A stretch of 64,000 nucleotides of DNA from Stegostoma tigrinum (lineage: Eukaryota): contig NC_081396.1 in assembly GCF_030684315.1 (NCBI RefSeq), positions 248,001-312,000 of the forward strand. The letters run 5' to 3'. The translations under genes and the position numbers were made by a program. The stretch's first letter is position 1. Every line of letters starts with the position of its first letter. The notes under the pieces are model-generated. The model was not told the DNA's origin, did no database searches, and worked only from the letters and a program-made list of their open reading frames with translations. Below, in pieces: positions 34,537-46,762 of the stretch.

Positions 34537-35385
34537 TCACTGCTTTCCTTCCCGGCTGCCCCTCTGGTCCTCGTCACTTCCTCTGATGCTCCCGCTCCTT
34601 CTCTGAAAGAGGAAAAAAAAACACCGCTGCCCGCTACCGGTAAGTAATTTTAAAAATAAACTGCTTTACCTTAGCTGCAGTCTTCCGGGTACGTCTTGCC
34701 TCCGCTGCTGCTCGCACTCAAAATGGCCGTTGGCGTCGAAGGGTGAGTATTTATACTCACTGCTTTCCTTCCCGGCTGCCCCTCTGGTCCTCGTCACTTC
34801 CTCTGATGCTCCCGCTCCTTCTCTGAAAGAGGAAAAAAAAACACCGCTGCCCGCTACCGGTAAGTAATTTTAAAAATAAACTGCTTTACCTTAGCTGCAG
34901 TCTTCCGGGTACGTCTTGCCTCCGCTGCTGCTCGCACTCAAAATGGCCGTTGGCGTCGAAGGGTGAGTATTTATACTCACTGCTTTCCTTCCCGGCTGCC
35001 CCTCTGGTCCTCGTCACTTCCTCTGATGCTCCCGCTCCTTCTCTGAAAGAGGAAAAAAAAACACCGCTGCCCGCTACCGGTAAGTAATTTTAAAAATAAA
35101 CTGCTTTACCTTAGCGGCAGTCTTCCGGGTACGTCTTGCCTCCGCTGCTGCTCGCACTCAAAATGGCCGTTGGCGTCGAAGGGTGAGTATTTATACTCAC
35201 TGCTTTCCTTCCCGGCTGCCCCTCTGGTCCTCGTCACTTCCTCTGATGCTCCCGCTCCTTCTCTGAAAGAGGAAAAAAAAAACACCGCTGCCCGCTACCG
35301 GTAAGTAATTTTAAAAATAAACTGCTTTACCTTAGCTGCAGTCTTCCGGGTACGTCTTGCCTCCGCTGCTGCTCGCACTCAAAAT
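34537..35385 (-). repeat. CR1 5' UTR tandem array of ~3.9 x 220-bp CpG-rich monomers
   Basis: tgctttccttcccggctgcc recurs at 34541, 34761, 34981 and 35201; units are almost identical. Confidence 0.97.
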
Positions 35386-38160
35386 GTACAGGCCCTTCGG
35401 CCCATGATGTTGTGCCGTGGAATAATCCTGATCCAAAACTAAAATAACCTAACCTACATTCCCCTCAATTCACTGCTGTCCATGTGCATGTCCAGCAGTC
35501 GCTTAAATGTCACTAATGACTCCACTTCCATGACTACCTCTGGTAAACTATTCCATGTGCTCACAACTCTCTGGGTGAAGAACCTCCCTCTGACGTCTCC
35601 TCTATACCTTCCTCCTAACACCTTAAAACTATGACCCCTCGTGGCAGTCAATCCTGCCCTGGGGAAAAGTCTCTGGCTAACCACTCTATTCATGCTGCTC
35701 ATTCCCTTGTACACCTCGATCAGGTCACCTCTCTTCCTCCTTCTCTCCAGAGAGTAAAGTCCGAGCTCAGTCAGCCTCTCCTTGTAAGACGAGCCCTCCA
35801 GTCCAGGCAGCATCCTGGAAAACCTCCTTTGCACCCTCTACAAAGCCTCCACATCTTTCCTATAATAGGGCGACCAGAACTGGGCACAATATTCCAAGTG
35901 TGGTCTCACCAGGGTTTTGTAGAGCTGCAGCCTAACCTCGCGGCTCTTAAACTCGATCCCCCTATTAATGAAAGCCAAAACGCCATATGGCTTCTGACAA
36001 CCTTATGCACCTGGGTGGCATCTTTGAGGGAGCTATGCACTTGAACACCAAGATCCCGCTGTTCCTCCACACTGCCGAGAATCCTGCCTTTAATCCTGTA
36101 TTCAGCATTTAAGTTCGACCTTCCAAAATGCATCACTTCGCATTTATCCAGGTTGAACTCCATCTGCCATTGCTCAGCCCAGCTCTGTGTTCTGTCAATG
36201 TCTCGCTGAAGCCTGCAATAGCCCTCGATACTATCAACGGCACCTCCAACCTTTGTGCCATCAGGAAACATACTAACCCACCCATCAACCTCCTCATCCA
36301 AGTCATTTATAAAAACTACAAAGAGCAGAGGCCCAAGGGCAGAGCCCTGTGGGACACCACTCAGCACTGACCTCCAGGCAGAATACTTACCATCTACAAC
36401 CACTCTCTGCCTCCTGTCAGCCAACCAATTCTGAATCCAGACAGCCAAATCACCCTGTATCCCGTACCTCCTGACTTTATGAACAAGCCTGCCGTGGGGA
36501 ACCTTATCAAATGCCTTGCTGAAGTCCATGTACACAACTTCCACTGCTCGACCCTCGTCAACCTGTCTCGTGACTTCCTCGAAGAACTCAATAAGATTTG
36601 TAAGGCATGACCTGCCCCTCACAAAGCCATGCTGACTCCCTTTAATCACGCTATGCTTTTCCAAATAGTCATAAATCCTATCCCTCAGAATTCTTTCCAA
36701 AACCTTGCTGACCACCGACGTAAGACTGACTGGTCTGTAATTGCCAGGGATTTCCCTATTCCCTCTCTTGAAAAGAGAAACAACATTTGCCTCCCTCCAA
36801 TCTTCTGGTACGACTCCCATGGAGCGTGAGGAAGCAAAGATCTTCGCCAGTGGCTTAGCAACCTCCTTTCTCGTTTCCCGGAGCAACCTAGGATAAATCT
36901 GGTCTGGCCCTGGGGACTTATCAATCTTAATGTTTGTCAAAATTTCCAGCACATCAACTTCCTCAATCTCGAACTGTTCAAGCCTGTTTACCTGCTCCTC
37001 AAAGTTCTCATTCACAACAAGGTCCCTTTCCTGAGTGAAAAACGAAGCAAAAAACTCATTTAGGGCTTCTCCTATCTGCTCAGACTCCACGCACAAGTTC
37101 CCTACGCTATCCCTGATCGGCCCTACCTTCTCCCTGATCATTCTCTTATTCCTCACGTATGAGTAAAATGCCTTCGGGTTCTCCCTAATCCTTCCTACCA
37201 AGCCTTTTTCCTGCCCCCTCCTGGCCCTCCTCAGTCCACTTTTGAGCTCCTTCCGAGCCAGGCTGTAATCCTCTAAAGCTGTGCTAGACCCTTGCTTCCT
37301 CCACCTTACGAACGCTGCCTTTTTCGTTTTGACAAGAAGCACCTCTGTACCTGTCATCCAAGACTCCTTAATCTTACCCCTTCTTACCTGTCTCAGAGGA
37401 ACAAATTTATACATCACTCACAACAAATGCTCCTTAAACAGCCTCCACATGTCTGTGCCCTTTCTGTGGAACAATTGCTCCCAATCTCTACTTCCCAACT
37501 CCTGTCTGATAGCATCATAGTTTCCTTTTCCCCAGTTAAATATCTTCCCCTGGTAACTGCTCCTTTCCCTTTCCATGGCTATGGTAAATGTGAGGCTGTT
37601 GTGGTCACTGTCGCCAAAGTGTTCTCCCACCACGAGATCTGACACCTGCTCTGGCTCATTGCCGAGCACCAAATCCAAAATGGCCTCCCTCCTCGTCGGC
37701 CTGTCCACATACTGAGTAAGGAAACCCTTCTGAACACACCTGACAAAAACGGCTCCATCCAAACCATCTGCACTAAGGAGGTTCCAATCTATATTGGAAA
37801 AGTTGAAGTCACCCATAACAACAACCCTGCTACGTTTGCACTTTTCAACAATCTGCTGGCCAATGAGTTTTTCAATCTCCCTCCTGCTATTTGGGGGTCT
37901 GTAGAAAACCGCCAGTGAGGTGACTGCTCCCTTGCTGTTCCTAACTTCCACCCATACTGACTCAGTCGACAAACCTTCCTCGGCAACCTCAGTCCATACC
38001 ACCTCAGTAGACGAGTCCTCAAAGGTTCTTTCAGCCGCCGTTATACTGTCCTTGACCAACAAAGCCACACCTCCCCCTCTTTTACCACCTTCCCTGACCT
38101 CAATGAAAGATCCGAACCCTGGAACCTGCAACATCCATTCCTGACCCTGCTCTATCCATG
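35386..38160 (-). mobile_element. 5'-truncated CR1 (most of ORF2, with frameshifts and a stop); its extreme tail is displaced to 30401-30427
   Basis: ORFs 37418-38248, 35906-37417 and 35454-35834 are APE/RT pieces closely similar to the full-length copy. Confidence 0.93.
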
Positions 38161-39799
38161 TATGTTGACTGGGACTGACCAAAATACCAGGGGTTTGAAT
38201 GGGGCAGAAATCAGAAGAACCATTCAGGAGGGATTCGTGACACAACATGTATCTAGTCCAAAGATGGTAATGAAATTATTGGGAAAGATTCTCAGGGCAA
38301 GTTATATACACATTAGAAGCAAATGGATTTATCAACAATAGACAGCATGGTTTTGTGCAGGGGAGTTCATGCCTCACTAACTCGTTGGAGTTTTTTGAGG
38401 AGGTGATGAAGATGATGGTTGAAGGAAAGGAGGGTTACATTGTCTTCGTGAAATTCAGTACAGCCTTTGACATGGTCTCTCATGGCAGACTAGTACAAAA
38501 GTGAAGACTCATCGTATCGGGGTGGGCTGGCAAGATGGATACTGAACTAACTTAGTCATAGGAGACAGAGGATAGTGGTGGAAGGATGTTTTTCGGAATG
38601 GAGGACTGTGACTAGTGATCTTCCACAGTGGTCAGTGCTGGAACCTCTGCTGTTCGTGATCAACATAAATGACTTCGAGGAAAATATATCTTGTCTAATT
38701 AGTGAGCTAATGATACAAAAGTTGGTGGTGCTGCGGACAATGAGGAGGATTGTCAGAGAATACAGCGGGATACAGGTCAGTTGGAGGTATGGGCGGAAAA
38801 ATGGCAGATGGTGTTTAATCTGGACAATTATGAGGTGATGCATTTTGGAAGGTCGGGTATCAGTGGAAATTAAACAGTGAATGGCAGAACCCTAAGGAAT
38901 ATCAACATTCAGAGGGATGTGACGGTGCAGGTCCACAGTTCACTGAGGGTGGCAGCACAGGTAGATAAGGTTGTGAAAAAGGCTATGGCATGCTTGCCTT
39001 CATCGGAAGGGTCATTGAGTATAAGGATAGGCAAGTTATGCTGCAGCATTATAGAACTTTAGTCAGGTCACATTTGGAAAATTGCTTACAATTCTGATCA
39101 ACAGACTAGCCAGGAGAATGTAGATGTTTTGGAAAGGATGCAGAAAAGAATTTACCAGCATGTTGCCAGGTATGGGGGATTTTAGCTACGAAGAAAGGTG
39201 AGAAAGTCTGGGTTTGTTTTCTCTGGAATGCAGGTTGTTAAGGACTGACTATAATAGAAGTCTCTAAGATTGTGAATGGCATGAACAGAGTGGCAAGTGT
39301 GAGGCTTTTTCCCAGGGTGAAGGGTTGAATTACTGGAGGACACAGGTTCAAGGTGCTTGGTGGGGTTGGCGGTGGTTTAAAAGAGATGCGTGAGGTACGT
39401 TTTTAACACAAAGGGTGATGAGTGCCTGGAACACGTTGCCAGAGGAGGTGGTGGAAACAGGCACATCAGCAGCATTCAAGAAGTATCTGGACGAAGACAT
39501 GAACAGGAAGGGAATACAAGGATACAGATCCTGTAAGTGAAGCCAGTTTTAGTATGGAATGGTAAACTGTGTCTGTGCAGGCCTAGAGGGCCGAAGGGCC
39601 TGTTCCTGTGCTGCATTGTCCTTTGTTCTTTATCATTGTCCCGAACACTGAACAGCTTTTGACTGAGTGTGAAATCAAGGAACCCTTGTAAACTTGAGTC
39701 AATGGGAATGAGGGTGATACCCTCTAATGGTCAGACTCATACCTGGTGCATAGGAAGATGGTTGTGGAAGGTCAATCATCTCAGCTCCTGGACATCTCT

Positions 39800-40587
39800 A
39801 CCTGCCCCCACACCACCACCCTCACCCCCATCCCAACCCACAAGATGACTTTCCACATCAAGCACATCAAGCATCCGCCAATGTGGTATACTGCATTTGC
39901 TGTACAAGGTGTGGCCTCCTCTACATTGGGGAAACCAAGCGGAGGCTTGGGGACTGCTTTGCAGAACACCTATGCTCGATTCGCAGTAAACAACTGCAAC
40001 TCCCAGTCACGAACCATTTCAACTTCCCCCCACAATCCTTAGACGACATGTCCATCCTGGACCTCCTTAGGGCCATAATGATGCCACCTGTAGGTTGCAG
40101 GAACAGCAACTCATACTCCGCTTGGGAACCCTACAGCTCAATGGTATCAATGCGGATTTCACCAGCTTCAAAATTTCCCCTCCCCCCACTCCATCCCAAA
40201 ACCAGCCCAGCTTGTCCCCGCCTGCCTAACCTGTTCTTCCTCTCACTTATCCCCTCCTCCCACCTCAAGCCGCACCTCCATTTCCTACCTGCTAACCTCA
40301 TCCCGCCCCTTGAACTGTCCATCCTTCCCGGACTGACCTATCCCCTCCCGACCTCCCCACCCATACTCTCCTCTGCACCTATCTTCTCCTCTATACATCT
40401 TCAGTCCGCCTCCCCCTCTCTCCCTATTTATTTCTGAATCCTCTCCCCATCCCCCTTTTCTGATGAAGGATCTAGGCTCGAAACATCAGCTTTTGTGCTC
40501 CTAAGATGCTGCTCGGCCTGCTGTGTTCATCCAGCCCCACACTTTATTATCTTGGATTCTCCAACATCTGCAGTTCCCATTATCTCT
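39800..40587 (+). mobile_element. Truncated Penelope-like element (GIY-YIG, hammerhead motif at ~40460-40490)
   Basis: VYCICCTRCGLLYIGETKRRLGD.FAEH; ctgatgaaggatctaggctcgaaac; homologous to 8026-8850. Confidence 0.88.
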
Positions 40588-42579
40588 CATCTCTGTGGGT
40601 GTTCCTCAAGGTGGTGTCAATGACCAAACCTTTTTCAGCTGCTTCATCAATGACCTTCCCTCTATCATAAGGTCAGAGTTGGCATTGTTCACAGACGCTT
40701 GCGGCATGTTCAGTCCATTTCCAACCCCTCAGATACCAAAGCAGTCCATGTTCAAATGCGACAAGTTTTGGGCATCACCCAGGCTTGAGCTGAAAAGTTG
40801 CCAGTAATATTCATAACACACAAGTGTTATGTAATAACAATATTCAACAAGAGAGAATCAAACCATCAGCACTTGGTGTTCAATACCATTACGATTTTGA
40901 AATGCCCCACTGTAAACATTCTGGGAGGAACCACTGACCAGAATCTAGACTGAACCAGCCTTATAAATACTTTAGTTGAAGCAACAGGTGAGATGACAGA
41001 ACATCTGCAGTGAGTAACTCACCTCCTGTCTTTCCAGCATCTGTTCCCAATCTACAAGGCACAAGACGGGAGTGTAGTGGAATTTTCTTCAAACCCTAGA
41101 AAAAGTGCAATTACAACAACAGTCAAAAGCTTGAATTTTCCAGTACAAAGTAGATAACTTGATTGGCACCCCATCAAACATTGTCCCACTTCATAATGGC
41201 AGCAAAATGTCAAGACCCACTGCATTAATTCACCAAGTCTACCTGAAAACATCTTTTGAACTCATAATCTCTACCATGGAAAGGACAAGGCCAGCTGATA
41301 CATGGAAGTTCCCTTACAAGTCACACACATCTTCACAATATGGAATAGAGGAACAATATTGCCAGTTCTTCATTGTTGCTGGGATAAAGCCTTGAAATTC
41401 CCTTCCCAATGCCATTTTCCATCAACATACACCAAAAGGCAGTTCACCACTAGCCTCTCCTGGGGAATTATGAATGGGGAACAAATGGAGCTACCACAGA
41501 GGGATTAGGGTGGTACTTTCAGGATTTTAACCCAGTCACTGTGAAGGATCAGTAATGTAATTCCAAACGAGGACGGTCAGTGACAGAGAGTGGAACTTAC
41601 AGATTGTGGTTCTCCCATTAGCTGTTGCTCCCTGCCCTTCAAAGTTTTGGAGGTTGTAGTGCTTGGAAATTACCATTGAAGAAATCATGGAAAAGTCAAT
41701 GTTTAAGGTGGTGGATGGTGTTTCAATCAAATGGGGCTGCTTCATTCTGGATAATGTTGAGGTTCCTAAATGTTGTGGGAGCTGCATTCATCCAAGCAAG
41801 TGTAGAGCATTCTATCACAGTCCAGATTTATAACTTGTATACAGTGGAAAGGCTCTGGACAGTCAAGATGTTTGCCATTCACTGTAGTATCCTCATCCTC
41901 TAATTTCTGTTGTGGCCAGAATTCTTATGTGGCTGTTCCAATTGTGATTTCAGTACACAGGCTGATGAAAAGTACCTTACCAAATCTGCCACCTGGATCA
42001 ATGCTCTTTGATCCTTCCAGATTGACTTTCCTGCAGTAGTCTGATATAACTGAATGCTTTTCAGAGGGTGCCCGATATTCAATGAGAACACTCAAGTGGT
42101 GTTTCAGAATAATCAAGTCATTTCAAGAACCTCAGCATACTTTTTCAAACTGTTTATTTGCACATGAGGGTCTGTGATTTGTAACAGACATGAGTGAACC
42201 AGACGGGTTTCCAATAATCAACAAATCTGTCATGGTTATCATTTGTTAATGAGTTGAACTGATACCATCTACCATGGCAGGATTTGAGGTCAGGTCCCTA
42301 GAACATTCTCTCTGGGTCAACAGCTCGTGATAATGTGACTTGGTGTCACCTCCCCAAGAAGGACTCTATGTGCGGTAAATAGGACCTTGCTGTTGATAGT
42401 GTAGTATCACAATCTGGGGTCAGTTATTGATGGATTCCTATTGCCAATTAAGACCAAAGTGAAGCCATCGGGACATGCATCCTGAGGTCAGAGATTTATA
42501 ATTACAAGACGAAATGACTCCTCTGCCAGCTGTGGAACCAGATATTGTATATTTGACAGAAGCATATCATGAGAAAACA

Positions 42580-43470
42580 GAGATAGCAAGAGCTGCCAAT
42601 GTTGGAGTCAGAGATAACAAAGTATAGATCTGGAGGAAAACAGCAGGCCAGGCAGCATCAGAGGAGCAGGAAAGCTAACGTCTCAGGTTGGAACCCTTCT
42701 GTAGGAATGGGGAGGTGGACGGGAGCTCTGAAATAAATAGAGAGAGGAGGGGTGGGACGGGTTTGCGATAGGTCAGTGCATGTAGGCAGTGGTCAGGATT
42801 GGTCAGTGAGGTGGGGTGGCAGACAGGTGGAAGAGAAGATGGACATTTTGTGTCAGATCAAGGAGGAAGGGATGAGAGGGGCGGTTGGTTATGGGATGAG
42901 GCTGGGGGTGGGGGGATTTTGAAACTGGCAAAATCTACGTTTAGGCCATTGGGCTATAGGTTCCCGAGGTGGAATATGAGGTTCTGCTCCTCCAGTTTGC
43001 ACATGGCAAAATTTAGACCCTGGAGGAGGCCCAGGATGATATGTCACCCAGGGAGTGGAACAGGGAGTTAAAATGTTTCGCGACCAGAAGATGTTGTTTG
43101 TTGCATTCAGAACACAGGTACTCTACAAAGTGGTCTCCGAGCCTCCACTTGGTCACTGATGCAGAGGAGGCCACATCGGGAGCAGCGGATACAATAAACC
43201 ACATTGACAGATGGCAGGTGAACCCATGTGTAATGTTGACGGATTTTTTTTGCCTTGAATAGAGGTGAGGGGGAGATGTAAGGGCAGGTGTAGCACTTCC
43301 TGTGGTTGCAGGGAAAGGTGCCAGGGGTTGTGGCGTCAGTGGGGAATGTTATGCGGATAAGGGAGCCACAGAGAGAGCGGCTCCTATGAAAGGCAGATAT
43401 GGATGTGAAGGGAAATGTATCTTTTGTTGCGGGGTCAGATTGCAGGTGGTGGAAGTGGTGGAGAGTGATA
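42580..43470 (-). mobile_element. Older decayed Penelope-like element
   Basis: PGTFPCNHRKCYTCPY...NVVYCIRCSRCGLL. Confidence 0.8.
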
Positions 43471-46400
43471 TGAATGGGATTATGAGAATACAGCCTGAGC
43501 TCACACATGATACATTCAACAGTGACTTGTTTGTGGGTACTCGCCCAAGTCTTCCTCGCTCTCAATGTATGCAAAAAATACCAGAGGTCAAAGATTTGGG
43601 CAATGCCAATCCTATGTGTGGAGAATTCCCACTTTCCTCCAGTCATGAAAAAGGCATCAATGACTATCTGAGTGTCAATTACCTGAAAACATTTCTGTAA
43701 TAACATATTAACTGCTTGATAATGTGAGTTACAGATAACAGATCAGTCAAAATCAAACTGCAAATTATTGGCGGAACATATAGAAAACAATGCAACAGTG
43801 AGAATTTCACCTCACTCATTTTGTTCATTCATTCATGAGGTATGTGTGCCACTGGCCAGGTCTGCATTTTTTGCCCATTCACAACTACCCTGCTTAAGGT
43901 AGTGGTGAGCTGCCTTCCTGAAGCATTTTTGGGCTGTAGGAGCATCTACACTGTTGTTTGGGAGGGAGTTCCAGGATTATGAGCCAGCAAAACTGAAGCA
44001 ACAAGAACAGATATCACAGTCAGGAAGGTGAGTGCCAAGGAGGGTAAGTTGTGTGTGTCAGTGCTTCCGTATACCTGTTGCCTTTGTCCTTCTCAGTGGT
44101 CAGCTTCACGTGCTTGGAAGATGATTACAGAGCAGCCTCTGGAAATTACTGTTCAGGTAATTTTCCTTGTCAAGACTGGCTCGTTGGCAGAATTACTGAG
44201 TTGGTTGAGTCCTGAAGGATATTGTTACGAGACTGGTCTGCGAGCAAAACAACAAGAGAAAAAAACATTTTTAATCTCTTCTTCACCAATCTGCCTTCCA
44301 CTTGTATATCTGTCCATGACAGTATTGGCAAGAGGGACCATCATGCAGTCTCTGTAGACCTAAATCTTGTCATCTGACATCAGTGGTGGGAAAACTACTA
44401 GAAGCAATTGAGGGACAGAATTACATCTGCACTTGGAGAGGCAGGGCTTAATCAAGAACAGTCAGCATGGTTTTGTTAAGGGAAGGTCATGTCTCTTCCA
44501 GTGTCTAAAATTTGCCATCCGCAAACTGGAGGAGCAGAACCTCATATTCCGCCTCGGGAGTCTACGGCCCGATGGCCTAAACATAGATTTTACCAGTTTC
44601 AAAATCTCCCCATCCCCAGCCTCATCCCATGACCAACCATCCCTCTCATCCCTGCCTCCTTGATCTGACTCAAACTGTCCAGGTGGAGTAGACTCGATGG
44701 GCCGAAAGGCTTTACTTACCCTCTGATGTCTTATGGTCTTATGTCTGACCAACTTGACTGAATTTTCTAAAACAGTGACCAGGTTTGCAGATGAGGGCAA
44801 TGCAGTTGACCCTGAGTTTTGTTGGACTTCCATGAGGTTTTTGCTGAGTCCCAAAAGCGAAGAGCTCATGGGATCCAAGGAAATTTGGCAAATTGGATCC
44901 AGGATTGTCTGAGTGGTGACCAATGGGAGGTTTTGTGACTGAGAGCCTGTGTCCAGTGGTTCTACAGGCATCGGTGCTGGGGCCCTTGGTACTTGCAGTA
45001 TATGTCAATGATTTTGACTTGAACTTAGGAGGGTTGTTCGGTAATTTCAAAGATGATACAAAAATTGGTGAGGTGGTAAATAGTGAGGAGAATAGTCTGA
45101 GATTCCGAAAGAATATGGATGGGCGGTCTGATGGCTGATCAGTGGCAAATGGAATTCATGAAGACATCAGATGTCGGGGAGGATTAGGCCATTCATCCAT
45201 TGAGTCTGCTCCCACTGTGTGCATCCACTCATGGTTGATTAGTTTCTTAACTCCATTCTCCTCCCATTCCCCATTATCTTTGATCCCCTTACTATTTATC
45301 ACTGTCTTAATGCGCTAAGTCACTTGGCCTTCTCAGCCTTTTGTGACAATCAGTTCCACAGATACACCAGACCCTGGCTCCACTACTGTCAACATCTTGC
45401 ATGTTACCACTGACCAGAAACTAACGTGAACTAGTCATGTAAACGTAGTGGCTACAAGGGCAGTCAGGGAAAGGAATCCTGCAGCTAGTCATTCATCTCC
45501 TGACTCCCCAAAGCCTGTGCACCATCTCCAATGCACAAACAAGTCATGAGTATGATGATGCATTGCAGATATTCTCCAAAGTTTCTGAGCCAGGACCTTC
45601 AAAACACACAACACTTCCATCTACTGTAATGGCAGACTGTGGATCGTGCTGGGTCATGTGGTTACAGAATGTGGCTGAATACAATTGTGCTCCTGATGAT
45701 GGATACACAGGACCATCACCACCTGCACATTTCCCTCTGAACCATGGAACACTCTGACTTGGAAATATTTTGCCATTCCCTCAAAATCCTGGAACTTCCT
45801 CCCAAATGGAATTGTGGATGCACCTACAGCACATAGACCACAGTAGTTCAACCAAGCAGCACACCATAACATTCTCAACCAAGCAATAAATAAAAACCAG
45901 AAGAACTGCGGATGCAGTAAATTAGAGACAAAAATAAAGATCGCTGGAAAAGCTCAGTAGGCCAAAGCATCACTCCATCCAAACTTTAACTTTGCTTTCT
46001 CTCCACAGATGCTGGCAAACCTGCTGAGCTTTTCGAGCAATTTCTATATTTGACAGGAGATGAATGTTCACCCAGCCAGGAAAGCTCAGGTATCATGAGT
46101 GTATTAAAAATAAAATGAGCTCACTTCTTCCATAATGGATAGAGGATGGAGATACTTGTGGAGCCTTTATATCATGTTACTACTTCAATTGTCCACTGCT
46201 ATTCATGACTGGATGTAGCAGGACTGCAGAGCTCGGATCTGAAACCTCTGTTGTGATGTCTCTCAGCCCAGTGAACAGAATTCTCCTGCTGCTGTTTGGC
46301 ATGCCCTGTATTCCTATTTTGCAGTTTTGCCAAGCTGACTCCTTGTCTTTAGGCATGTCTAAGTCTGCTTCTGGCAGGCACTCCTACACTCTTCACTGAA

Positions 46401-46762
46401 CCAGGATTATTCTCCCAGTTTGATGTTAATGTCAGAGTGAGGAATGTTCCGGGCCATGCAGGTACACATTGTGGCATAATACAATTCTGCTGCTGGTTAA
46501 GGCCTACAACACCTCATGAATGCCAGTTTAGAAACGCTACGTCTAAATTCTGTTGCAATTCAAACCGTGGTGGTGTCATGCAACACAATGCAGAGGGGAT
46601 TGCCAATGTGAAGATAGGACTTTGTCTTCACAGTGAATGTTCAGTGTTCACTCTTAGTGATACTGTCACCATCAGATGCATGCAGGAAGATCAGCGAGGA
46701 TAAAGTCAAGTGGATATCTGTCTCTTGCTGGGACCCTCACAACCTAACACAGACCCAGGCTG

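Larger units (their letters stand above)
30428..35385 (-). mobile_element. Full-length CR1 LINE (~4.96 kb) with two open ORFs and a monomeric 5' UTR
   Basis: (CATAGAA)n tail at ~30428-30451, ORF2, ORF1, then 220-bp repeats; probable 3-bp TSD gta (30425-30427 and 35386-35388) within the tail of another CR1. Confidence 0.96.
29140..39630 (+). mobile_element. Old + strand CR1 host, split into ~29140-29735, ~30262-30402 and ~38161-39630 by younger CR1 insertions
   Basis: ORF1 end and APE start (CFNLRSI.GKV.E) at 29.1-29.7 kb; APE continues at 30262-30400 (tattacaggcctccc...gacttcccc) and resumes at 38161 (gttgactggga); RT and 3' UTR extend to ~39630. Confidence 0.8.

Noticed and set aside
34537-35385. 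CRISPR-like or switch-region interpretation of the 220-bp array
   Set aside because: Eukaryotic context, no unique spacers, and the array is contiguous with CR1 ORF1 inside the element's TSD.
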